From NCBI GenBank assembly GCA_965215605.1, contig OZ244070.1, forward strand, positions 3,872,001 to 3,936,000: 64,000 bases of DNA, in the 5' to 3' direction. The position numbers were made by a program, and so were the translations under genes. Of the stretch, positions 48,470 to 57,121 are shown piece after piece. Each line of letters opens with the position of its first letter. The stretch's first letter is position 1. The DNA is from an uncultured Candidatus Binatia bacterium (GTDB taxonomy: Bacteria > Desulfobacterota > Binatia > UBA9968 > JAJDTQ01). Under the pieces are notes generated by a model. That model did not search any database and was not told the origin of the DNA. It worked only from the letters and a program-made list of their open reading frames with translations.

Positions 48470-49585
48470 TCAGCTCACGCCGTAGAGTCTCGCGCAGTTG
48501 TCCCAGAGGATCTTCTTCAGGGAATCGTTGCTGAGTCCCGGGGTCTCCATGAACTCCTCCACCGCGTGGGGGTAGTGCGCGTCGATGTGCGGGTAGTCGG
48601 TGGAGATGACGATGTTGTCGTCGCCCAGCCGGCCTATGACGTCGGTGACCAGGTACTCGTCCACGTCCACCGAGATGTAGCACTGGTCCAGGAAGTACTC
48701 GCTGGGTTTCCGGGACAGCGGCACGTCGGTGAGGGCGCCGTGTAGCTCCGCCCTTTCGTCCAGCCGGTACAGGAGCCACGGCAGCCAGGCGCAGTTGCCT
48801 TCCAGGAACGCCACCTTGAGGGTCGGGAACTTCTCCAACACCCCGCCGCCGCAGAACGCCGATACCGCCAACTGCAGCTCGATGGGGTTGCGCAGCGCCA
48901 TGGCGATGATGCTGGAGTTGGGGTGACCGTAGAACTCGCGGGCCACCTGCTGCTGCTTGGGATTGGCCGGCGGATGGAAGCACAACGGCACCTTGAGGCG
49001 GTCGATCTCCGCCCACAGGGGATCGTAGTAGCGGTCGTGGATGCGCCGGCCGTTGACCGGCTCCGGGCATACGGACAGGCCTACCACTCCCAGCTCCGTC
49101 ACCGCCCGGTGCGCCTCGTCCACCGCCATGTCCACGTCGTGCAGCGTCAGCAGTCCGGACGCCTTCATACGCTCCGGCCGCTCGCCGCAGAAATCGGCGA
49201 TCCAGTCGTTCCACGCGCGGCACAGGTCGTTGGCGTATTCCGGCTCGAAGCTGTCGTCGCAGTGAAGCGGCGAGGTGCGGAACATCACCGCCAGGTCCAG
49301 CCCCTCGTTGTCCATGGCCACCACCTGCGACGGCGCGTCGTAGCCGTGCTCCAGCGCGTAGCCGTAGCGGTCCGCCACGCTGTCCTCGCCGTGCTCCAGC
49401 AGCTTGTGCCGAGGCCGCAGCACTTCCCCGTTGCCCAGGCTGAACTCGATGCGCCCGTGCTTGGAACGGGTCTTGCCGACGGGGACCCGGTCGCCCCACT
49501 TGGGGTTCATGTATTTTTCGTAGAGGTTCTGGGCGTCGTAGACGTGCATGTCGCTGTCGAACACCTGGTATCCGTTCCTGGCCAT
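48470..49585 (-). CDS. amidohydrolase_2 family protein
   Basis: VFDSDMH, CFHPP, VAFLEGN, STDYPH; start MARNGY at 49585. Confidence 0.92.
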   Translation of the reverse strand: MARNGYQVFDSDMHVYDAQNLYEKYMNPKWGDRVPVGKTRSKHGRIEFSLGNGEVLRPRHKLLEHGEDSVADRYGYALEHGYDAPSQVVAMDNEGLDLAVMFRTSPLHCDDSFEPEYANDLCRAWNDWIADFCGERPERMKASGLLTLHDVDMAVDEAHRAVTELGVVGLSVCPEPVNGRRIHDRYYDPLWAEIDRLKVPLCFHPPANPKQQQVAREFYGHPNSSIIAMALRNPIELQLAVSAFCGGGVLEKFPTLKVAFLEGNCAWLPWLLYRLDERAELHGALTDVPLSRKPSEYFLDQCYISVDVDEYLVTDVIGRLGDDNIVISTDYPHIDAHYPHAVEEFMETPGLSNDSLKKILWDNCARLYGVS

Positions 49586-49626
49586 CTCCCTGCTCCTTGC
49601 TGCCATCGCGGCAAATACTCGGCGGC

Positions 49627-50871
49627 TTACGAGATCTGTATCAACTCCGGCGGGAACTCGTTCAGGCACTCCGTTCCCGAATCCCTGATGGCGTACGTGT
49701 CGCCGATGAAGAGTCCCCGGGTCCGCGCCTTGTCCACGAGATGGATCTGAAGCACGAACACCGTGCCGTTCCGAAAGACCATCTCGTCACCCTCGTAAAG
49801 CTTGTTCTCCGCCAGACTCGTCAACTCCGGGCCGATCTGCGGCTCGTGACGCGGCTGCGAGCCGAGCATCCCCTGCAGGTAGCCGCCCCAGGCGTCGTAA
49901 CCCGCGGGCTTGATGACGTGGTTGGCGGCATTGACCGAGTCGGAGCCCGTGCCGCCCACCTTCAGGGTCTCGGCCACCCGATGGTAAGCTTCCAGCGCCA
50001 CATCGAACATCCTGCGGAACTCGTCGGTCGGGGGTCCCATGAACATGGGCTTTCCGGTCTGCGCCTCGTAGCCGTTGTAAAGGACCCCCAGCTCGTTGTT
50101 GACGATGTCGCCATGGGTGATGACCCGTTCCGAGGGGCGCGGCCGCTGGTCGCCGACGTCCGGATCCGACATGGGCGTGGAACTGAGCTGTATCATGCCC
50201 ATCTCACCGCCGTGTCGGACGACGGCCTCGTACACGATGGCGAAGGCCTCGGACTCTGTCATGCCGGGCTTGAGCTGCTCCGCCAGCGCCCGCAACCCGA
50301 TGTCCTGCACCAGGGCCGACTTGCGCAGAGCCTCGATCTCCTCGTCGCTCTTGAACAGCCTGAGGGCGAGGAATTCCCTGGTCACGAACACGAACTCGGC
50401 GTCGGGCAGCTCCGACACGAAGAAGTCCCAGTGGTTCTTCGGAATCGAGGTAAGAGGATCGTACTCGACGATGCCGATCCTCCCCTTGTCGTAACCCATC
50501 TCCCGGACCTTGCCGACGATGGCGTCGAGGACGCTGGGTTGGCCGACGACCAGTTCCTGCACCGCGCTGCGGGCGATCATGCCGGGCGCCAGCGAGTGCC
50601 CCGGACGGGTGATGACGGCGGGAGCGCCCTCCTTGGGGAAGAAGCAGTAATAGGCCATCTCCGCCTTGCCCATCATGTTGGTGAGGTAGCGGACGTTGAA
50701 CCACAACCGCCCATATGCGGCCGAGCCGCCGATGACCAGAAGGCAGTCGAGTTCCCGGTCGCGCAAGAGCTTGCGGACATTCTCATAACGCCGTTCGTAC
50801 TCGGCCTCCGAAAACCTCGGATACGGGTACTTGGCGTGCAAACGGTCCAACTCGTCGCGCTCGATGAACAT
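49627..50871 (-). CDS. M24/creatinase-fold protein lacking canonical metal ligands
   Basis: FSEAEYERR, NVRYLT, KSDEEI, LKPGMTE, NGY; metal-ligand positions substituted. Confidence 0.82.
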   Translation of the reverse strand: MFIERDELDRLHAKYPYPRFSEAEYERRYENVRKLLRDRELDCLLVIGGSAAYGRLWFNVRYLTNMMGKAEMAYYCFFPKEGAPAVITRPGHSLAPGMIARSAVQELVVGQPSVLDAIVGKVREMGYDKGRIGIVEYDPLTSIPKNHWDFFVSELPDAEFVFVTREFLALRLFKSDEEIEALRKSALVQDIGLRALAEQLKPGMTESEAFAIVYEAVVRHGGEMGMIQLSSTPMSDPDVGDQRPRPSERVITHGDIVNNELGVLYNGYEAQTGKPMFMGPPTDEFRRMFDVALEAYHRVAETLKVGGTGSDSVNAANHVIKPAGYDAWGGYLQGMLGSQPRHEPQIGPELTSLAENKLYEGDEMVFRNGTVFVLQIHLVDKARTRGLFIGDTYAIRDSGTECLNEFPPELIQIS

Positions 50872-50979
50872 GGTCTCCCCGTGGTCGGTAGAAGAGATAC
50901 CTGGCCCTCTTGAGCCAGCCTTCTTCTAGTTCACCACCTCTGCACTGTCAACGTGACAGCGGCCGGCGATGCCCCCCAT

Positions 50980-51531
50980 TCAGCGTTCTGCGTTCAATTG
51001 CAACTCGAGTGTAACTAGGTCCAGTCCCGTTTCCCGCCCAATGCGTCGAACGACGCTCCGGGCAGTTGCCTCGACGTTGCGTGTACCGAACGGCTCGTGC
51101 GGCTTGCCCTGGAGCGACAGCACCGCCTTCCGCAGGTTCGACCAACTCTGGTTGGTCGATTTTCTGATTCCGCGGATTTAGGTATCGACTTCGTCGCCGG
51201 TTGCAGTGACGGGCAATGACCGGCGGCCGGTGGGTGGGCCGATCCCGGCCAGCAGCAAAACCGGCTGCCCGTTCAGGACCGCGTCAAGGTCGACACCGGG
51301 GTCCGCGACGAAGGCCGGTGGATCGCAGACTGGATCGGCGCGGAAATAGAGATCCCACGCCGCCTGGCGAACCGCCATCTCCAGTCCCCGATGGGGATGC
51401 TGCCGTTCCGTCAGCATGCCGGCCCAGAAGGGCATGTAGCAAAGGTTCCATCCGGCAGTGAACGCGTCCGGATCCCAGGGGTAGCCCCAGATGTGGCGAA
51501 CGCCACCTCGTGGGATCGTGAGGTTCAGTGT
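50980..51531 (-). pseudogene. 5'-truncated pseudogene with an internal TAA, HNH-like motif
   Basis: One frame of about 183 codons broken only by TAA at 51178-51180; no start upstream of VRHIWGYPWDPDAFTAGWNL. Confidence 0.6.
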
Positions 51532-51546
51532 TCAGGTGGAGGGTCC

Positions 51547-51584
51547 TTGCGGGCGTCTGAAATATTCATTATTCTGAATACAGA
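51547..51584 (+). promoter_or_regulatory. parDE promoter with overlapping operator palindrome
   Basis: TTGCGG-N17-TATTCT; TATTCA-N6-TGAATA (51563-51580) covers the -10. Confidence 0.55.
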
Positions 51585-51603
51585 TTCTGCGGGAGACCAA
51601 GCC

Positions 51604-51870
51604 ATGCCACGCACCACAACCATGACGGTCCGCCTCAGCGGCGCGCTCAGCGACTTCGTCGCGGCCAATGTCGGAGACGACGGAGCCTATGAAAACATCA
51701 GCGAGTACGTCCGCGACCTTATCCGACGGGACAAGGAACGTGCCGAACGGGAGGCCTTCCGCCGTCTCAAGGCCGAACTGACACTCGCCTTCGCGGGACC
51801 GGATGACTCCTTCCATCCCCTCTCCGCCTCGGAGGTCATTGCCAGGAACCGAGCGCGGACCGGTGCATGA
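51604..51870 (+). CDS. parD: ParD-type RHH antitoxin
   Basis: MTVRLSGALSDFV...GAYENISEYVRDLIR; GGAG RBS; ATGA overlap with the toxin. Confidence 0.88.
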   Translation: MPRTTTMTVRLSGALSDFVAANVGDDGAYENISEYVRDLIRRDKERAEREAFRRLKAELTLAFAGPDDSFHPLSASEVIARNRARTGA

Positions 51871-52181
51871 CGTCGGTTCGGGTCCAGGAAACGGCGTCTC
51901 TCCGTATTGACGAAATTTATCGATACACCCGCGACCGCTGGGGTACGGCTCAGGCCGACGCCTACATCACCGGGCTGTTCGACGCGTTCGAGGGAATCGC
52001 TACCGCCAGTGTTGCCTCACACCCGATTCCGGCCGAATTCGGGGTGAAAGGGTACGTGTTCCGATACAGAAGACATTTCGTCTATTGGAAGACGCTGGCC
52101 AACGGGGATATCGGTATCGTCACCGTCCTGCATGAGCGCATGCATCAGCTCGATCGGTTTCGCGAAGACTTCGGAGACTGA
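51867..52181 (+). CDS. parE: ParE/RelE family toxin
   Basis: IDEIYRYTRDRWGTAQADAY, HFVYW, IVTVLHERM. Confidence 0.9.
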   Translation: MTSVRVQETASLRIDEIYRYTRDRWGTAQADAYITGLFDAFEGIATASVASHPIPAEFGVKGYVFRYRRHFVYWKTLANGDIGIVTVLHERMHQLDRFREDFGD

Positions 52182-52186
52182 GTTGA

Positions 52187-53131
52187 TCAACCCGCCGCAT
52201 TCTCCAGATCAGCGACATAGTCCCGGAACGCCTTCTCCATAGTGTACTTCGGCTCCCATCCGAGCAGGACTCTGGCTCTGGAGCAGTCGATGGGCTGCTT
52301 CACCTGAACTCCCGGTGGCGGACCAGGCAGGACCTCCACTTCCAACCTTGGGAGAACTCCCCGGATGGCCTTCACCAGCTCGTCGAAGGTCAGCACCTCG
52401 CCGCTGCCGATATTGAAGTGTGTCTTTTGCGGCAGCGGGATGGTGGCGGCGATGTCCACGGCGCGGCCCACGTCCTTGGCGTAGACGTACTCGAAGTCCG
52501 TGGTCAGAGGCCTGGGCACGCGGGCCGCCTCGCCCCGGAGGCCGCACTGGACCAGGGTCTGGATGAGCCGGCCGCCGGCGGAGCCGCCCTGGAAGTGGCC
52601 GAAGCCGTACAGTTTGGCCAGCCGCAGGACGACCACCTCGAAGCCGTAGAGACGCTGGTAGGCCTCGACCATGAGTTCCTTGGCCACCTTGGTGTTGTCG
52701 TACAACCGGCCGTTGCCGCGGGGAAAATCCTCACGCAAGGGCGCGGGGCAGTCCCGGCGCTGGTCGTAGACGCTGAGGGAGCTGATGTGCACCAGGCGCC
52801 TCACGCCGGCGAGCCGGACAGCCTCAAGGACGTTGATGCTCCCCATGACGTTGATCGAAACGCCGGTATAGGGCGCGTCCGCGACCTTGGTGCCCACCAG
52901 ACCGGCGGTGTGCACCACCGTGTCCACGCGGTGCGCCGTCATGGCGTGCAACAGCGCCGGCAGGTCGAGAATGTCCCCCTGGACGAACTCGACATCCGCT
53001 CCCGGAAGCTTTCGTTGGAGGTATTCCCGGTGGGGTTGCAGGTCGTAGAAGACCAGCCGGACGTCTCTTCGCACGGCGAACTGGGCGAAAGAGGTTCCGA
53101 CCAATCCGGAGCCGGTGACCAGCGTGGTCAC
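52187..53131 (-). CDS. NAD-dependent epimerase/dehydratase (extended SDR), paralog of 47467-48420
   Basis: TGSGLVG, HTAG, HISSLSVY, YDNTK; GTG start inferred from the paralog. Confidence 0.9.
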   Translation of the reverse strand: MTTLVTGSGLVGTSFAQFAVRRDVRLVFYDLQPHREYLQRKLPGADVEFVQGDILDLPALLHAMTAHRVDTVVHTAGLVGTKVADAPYTGVSINVMGSINVLEAVRLAGVRRLVHISSLSVYDQRRDCPAPLREDFPRGNGRLYDNTKVAKELMVEAYQRLYGFEVVVLRLAKLYGFGHFQGGSAGGRLIQTLVQCGLRGEAARVPRPLTTDFEYVYAKDVGRAVDIAATIPLPQKTHFNIGSGEVLTFDELVKAIRGVLPRLEVEVLPGPPPGVQVKQPIDCSRARVLLGWEPKYTMEKAFRDYVADLENAAG

Positions 53132-53192
53132 GGGCAAATCTCCCGGTCGCTCGGGAGGCGGCGCGCCATTGGTGGAACTGCGACGGCCGGCC

Positions 53193-54575
53193 TCAACCGT
53201 TGCCGCCGTTCCCGGACAGGAAGTAGCCGCCGGTTATCGCGTCATGCCAGGTCTTGGCGACTCCCGGCGCCACGCCCAGAGGCAGGTCCGCCTCCGGCGT
53301 CCAGTAGGAATGGACGCCGGCCTGGAAGTGCATCAACGCGGTCTTGGGGGCCGGCTCCATGCGGGCGAACATGGGCATCACCATGCTGCGGTAAGCATCG
53401 GCGGCGTGGTCGCGGCTATCCTTGGTGACGCAAAAGAGGACCGGCGGCACCGGCTTGACCCCAGGGCCCTGAAGCTCCCGCCCGTAGCTCAGATACTGGC
53501 GCACCAGCGCTTCCGTGCCCTTCTCGTCCAGGCCCATCCTGCCGGCGCTCACACGGGCGCCCTCTTCCAGCGACGGCTCGATGTTGGTGCTGACGACGTA
53601 CTCGCACTTGAACTGGGGCTGGTCCTTGGCCGCATCCCAGGCCTCCATCACCTCCTCGATGACCATGGGCAGCCGCATGAGCGCCACGGGGCCGTCCTGG
53701 CCAAGCTTCTCCGGCCCGATGTAGCGCGCCTTGTCGCGCCAGGTGCGGACGTAGAGCTCGTAGAACGGGTCCACCCGACTGGTCTCGGTAACCCGCGCTT
53801 CATAGTCGCCGATGGCGCCCAGGGAGCCTTGTACCGCCAGCTTGGCTTCATTGATGTAGCCGAAGGCCGAGTTCTCGACGGCCATGACGCCAGCGACGTT
53901 GGGCACCCGTTGCGAGAGCATGAAGACGAACGGTCCGCCGGTGGAGTGGCCGTGGACGTAGACGGAGTACTCGCCGTCCGGCAGGTTGCGCGCCATGACC
54001 TGCTTGCCGCCCTCCTCGAAGGCGGCCGGCCAGCCCGCGAGGCGGTACCAGAAGGTCGTGCCGGGCTTGGCGTGCAGCACCGTGCGGGTGCCGTAGCGCT
54101 CGCGGAGGGAGCTGTCCTTCACCACCTCGTACTGGTCGGGGGTGATGTGCTCGCCGGTGAGCCAGGTAGGGGTGCGGATGGTGCCGTCCGGGTTGATGGT
54201 ATCGCCGGGCCAGTTGCGGGACGGGTGGTCCAGATAGAGCCGTCCCGGGTAGGTCATGGTGGCCACCTTGATGCCGAACTTGCCGGCCAGAAGGCGCGCC
54301 ACCGGGGCCATGGTCTTGAAGTCCCCGTCGCCCCCGGAAAGAAGGTACGCCCCGGCCTTCCGCCCGTCCGCGCCCACGACGATCCGCCCGGGGTCCTCCG
54401 GTTCATAGATCTGCGCGCCGACGTCCCACTCCAGGCCCACGGCCTGCACGCGCACCAGGTCCTCGTACTCCTTCAGCGGAATGTCCGGCATCGCCAGCAC
54501 CGCGCGGGAGTCCGCGAGGCACTGCTCCCGCGACACCTCCGCGGGGGGTGCCCAGATTGCGTTCGGCTGTGTCAT
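53193..54575 (-). CDS. hypothetical protein with alpha/beta-hydrolase nucleophile elbow
   Basis: VHGHSTGG (GxSxG) and C-terminal GVHSY; GGAGG RBS; 460 aa. Confidence 0.7.
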   Translation of the reverse strand: MTQPNAIWAPPAEVSREQCLADSRAVLAMPDIPLKEYEDLVRVQAVGLEWDVGAQIYEPEDPGRIVVGADGRKAGAYLLSGGDGDFKTMAPVARLLAGKFGIKVATMTYPGRLYLDHPSRNWPGDTINPDGTIRTPTWLTGEHITPDQYEVVKDSSLRERYGTRTVLHAKPGTTFWYRLAGWPAAFEEGGKQVMARNLPDGEYSVYVHGHSTGGPFVFMLSQRVPNVAGVMAVENSAFGYINEAKLAVQGSLGAIGDYEARVTETSRVDPFYELYVRTWRDKARYIGPEKLGQDGPVALMRLPMVIEEVMEAWDAAKDQPQFKCEYVVSTNIEPSLEEGARVSAGRMGLDEKGTEALVRQYLSYGRELQGPGVKPVPPVLFCVTKDSRDHAADAYRSMVMPMFARMEPAPKTALMHFQAGVHSYWTPEADLPLGVAPGVAKTWHDAITGGYFLSGNGGNG

Positions 54576-54614
54576 CGGTGTTGCCTCCTCCTGCCTGTCT
54601 CGGCGGTTCGATTT

Positions 54615-54645
54615 CTGGATCCCTGGTCGGGGCCCGGGATGACGA
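54615..54645. repeat. palindromic intergenic repeat (CTGGATCCC...GGGATGAC)
   Basis: Its last 18 nt, CGGGGCCCGGGATGACGA, are identical to 63699-63716. Confidence 0.6.
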
Positions 54646-54654
54646 GGAAGCGCC

Positions 54655-55794
54655 CTACTCCACGCCGTACAGCCGTGCGCAGTTGGTCCAGAGGATCTTC
54701 TCCAACGACTCCTTCTTGAGACCCGGCAGCGAGGTGAAGGTGGAGACGGCCTCGGGCCAGCGGGAGTCGATGTGGGGATAATCGGTGGAGAAAACGATGT
54801 TGTCGTCACCCATGTAGTCGATGACGCTGACCACCAGCCCCTCGTCCACGTCCGCGGAGATGAAGCACTGCTCGCGGAAGTACTCGCTGGGCTTCTTCCG
54901 CAAGGGAACCTCCGCCATGGCGCCCTGAAGCTCGCAGTACTCGTCCAGACGGTACATCAGCCACGGCAGCCAACTGCAGTTGCCTTCGAGGAAGGCCACC
55001 CGGAGCTTGGGAAACCGCTCCAGCACGCCGCCGGCGCAGAACGCGCTGACCGCCAGGATCAGCTCCACGGGATTGCGCAGGGGATTCACCAGCAACTGCT
55101 CATTGGGGTGCCCCTCGAAGCGCCGGGACACCTGGACCTGATTGGGGCGCGCCGGCGGATGAAAACAGATGGGAACGTCGAGGTCCACGGCCTCCGCCCA
55201 CAGCGCATCGAACTCCCGGTCGTGGATGTGACGCCCGTTGATGGGCTCGGGACAGAGGGACAACCCCACCGCGCCCAACTCCTTCACCGACCGCCGGGCC
55301 TCCTGGACCGCCAGGTCCACGTCGTGCAGCGTGATCAGCGCCGAGCCCTTGAGGCGCGACGGATCGGCGCTGCAGAAGTCTTGCATCCATTCGTTCCAGG
55401 CCTTGCAGAGGTCGTTGGCATAGTCGGGCTCGAAGTCCTCGTTGGTATGGAGCGGCGAGGTGCGGAACTGCACCGCGACGTCCAGTCCTTCCTCATCCAT
55501 GGCTTCGATCTGCGAGAAGTTGTTGTAGTTCTGGCTGGCGGGCCGGATGTAGGCATCCTTCTGGCGCTTCTCGTGAAAGTTCACCACCTTGCCCGGGGTG
55601 CGGATGGGGCTGCCGTCGCCCAGCACGTAGCGGGTCATGCCATGACGGGTAAGGCCCTTCCCTTCCCGTTCCTCCCGCGGCGCTCCGCGGGGAATGCGGT
55701 CGCCCCACTTGGGGTTCATGTAGGTCAGGTAAAGGTCGTGGGGCTCGAACACGTGCATGTCGCTGTCGAGTATCCTCAAACCGTCTCTCGTCAC
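54655..55794 (-). CDS. amidohydrolase_2 family protein
   Basis: ILDSDMH, CFHPP, VAFLEGN, STDYPH; GTG start at 55794. Confidence 0.92.
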   Translation of the reverse strand: MTRDGLRILDSDMHVFEPHDLYLTYMNPKWGDRIPRGAPREEREGKGLTRHGMTRYVLGDGSPIRTPGKVVNFHEKRQKDAYIRPASQNYNNFSQIEAMDEEGLDVAVQFRTSPLHTNEDFEPDYANDLCKAWNEWMQDFCSADPSRLKGSALITLHDVDLAVQEARRSVKELGAVGLSLCPEPINGRHIHDREFDALWAEAVDLDVPICFHPPARPNQVQVSRRFEGHPNEQLLVNPLRNPVELILAVSAFCAGGVLERFPKLRVAFLEGNCSWLPWLMYRLDEYCELQGAMAEVPLRKKPSEYFREQCFISADVDEGLVVSVIDYMGDDNIVFSTDYPHIDSRWPEAVSTFTSLPGLKKESLEKILWTNCARLYGVE

Positions 55795-55822
55795 GGGATT
55801 CCTCCGTTCCCGGCGGGCCGTT

Positions 55823-57100
55823 TCAACCCTGGTCCGCCGCACCCTTCGTATAAGCCTCGGCCAGGAAGTCGGCGGTGTGCACGACGCGGATGGACGAACC
55901 CTGGTCCCGGAGCGCCGCCTGGATCTGGAGGATGCAGCCCGGATTCCCGGTCACCAGAATCTCCGCGCCCGTCGCCGTCACGTTTCTCGCCTTTCGCGCC
56001 GCCAACCTTCCCGCCAGCTCCGGTTCCGTCAGATTGTAGCTGCCCGCGCTGCCGCAGCAGACCTCCGCCTCGTGGAGCTCCACCCATTCGACGCCCGGGA
56101 CGTCCTTGAGGAGCCGCCGCGGCTCCGCGTGAACGCCCTGCCCGTTCAGCAGGTGACAGGCGTCGTGATAGGCCACCTTCACGTTCATGCGGCGCCTGGG
56201 TTCCACATCGGGCAGCCCATGGAGGAACTCTGCCACATCCCGCACCTTGGCGGCAACGCGTTGGGCGGCCGGTCGAAGCGCGGGATCGTCCTTGAAATGC
56301 TCGCCGTACTCCCGCATGGCGGCGCCGCAACCCGCCGCGTTGGTCAATACCGCGTCCAGTTCCGGGGAATCGAAGGCTGCTATGGCCCGGCGCGCCAGCT
56401 CCAGGCCACGCTCCCGATCGCCGTTGTGCAGCAACAGGGCGCCGCAGCAACCAGCCCCCGCCGGCGCGCGCACCTCGCAGCCGTGTTCCGTCAACAGTTT
56501 CACCGTGTTGGTGTGGGTGCCGCCAAAAAGGCTCTGCATGACGCAGCCCGCCAGCAGGCCCACGCGATGGCGCACCTCGGCCCGCGGAACGGTCCGTTCA
56601 GGGAGGCGTACCGACCGGAAAGGGGCGTGCGGGTCCGGCAGATAACGCAACAACCGGCGGACCGGCGCCGGCGCCCAACCGGCACGGGCCAGCCGGTGGA
56701 CTCCAAACCGCGTCATGCAGCGGACGCTCCAACCGAACACTCTCATGACCGCCGCATTGGGGAAGGTCCGGTTCACCAGCCAGCGCTTTATGCGCTCCGG
56801 CCAGGAACGGCGGTGCCGCGATTCGATGAAATGCCGGGCGCCCTCGATGAGGGTGCCGTAGCGCACGCCGGACGGGCAAATGGTCTCGCAGGCCCGGCAG
56901 CCGAGACAAAGGTCCAGGTGCCTGACGCCGGCGTCATCCAGTGGAATGGTTCCCCGGTCGATGGAGCGCATGAGCTGGATCCGTCCCCGTGGGGAGTCCA
57001 TCTCCGTTCCCAACTCGAGGAAAGTGGGACACGACGCCACGCAAAGCCCGCAATGGATACAGCTTCCGGAGCGTTCAAAGTCAGCGACTTGGCCAGCCAT
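55823..57100 (-). CDS. glcF: glycolate oxidase iron-sulfur subunit
   Basis: CIHCGLCVASCP, CLGCRACETICP, two CCG domains, YHDACHL. Confidence 0.9.
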   Translation of the reverse strand: MAGQVADFERSGSCIHCGLCVASCPTFLELGTEMDSPRGRIQLMRSIDRGTIPLDDAGVRHLDLCLGCRACETICPSGVRYGTLIEGARHFIESRHRRSWPERIKRWLVNRTFPNAAVMRVFGWSVRCMTRFGVHRLARAGWAPAPVRRLLRYLPDPHAPFRSVRLPERTVPRAEVRHRVGLLAGCVMQSLFGGTHTNTVKLLTEHGCEVRAPAGAGCCGALLLHNGDRERGLELARRAIAAFDSPELDAVLTNAAGCGAAMREYGEHFKDDPALRPAAQRVAAKVRDVAEFLHGLPDVEPRRRMNVKVAYHDACHLLNGQGVHAEPRRLLKDVPGVEWVELHEAEVCCGSAGSYNLTEPELAGRLAARKARNVTATGAEILVTGNPGCILQIQAALRDQGSSIRVVHTADFLAEAYTKGAADQG

Positions 57101-57121
57101 AATTCATCCGATAGCAGATAT

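Noticed and set aside
51178-51180. Stop-codon recoding (Sec/Pyl or alternative genetic code)
   Set aside because: The codon is TAA, the gene also lacks its 5' end, and TAA terminates other genes here normally
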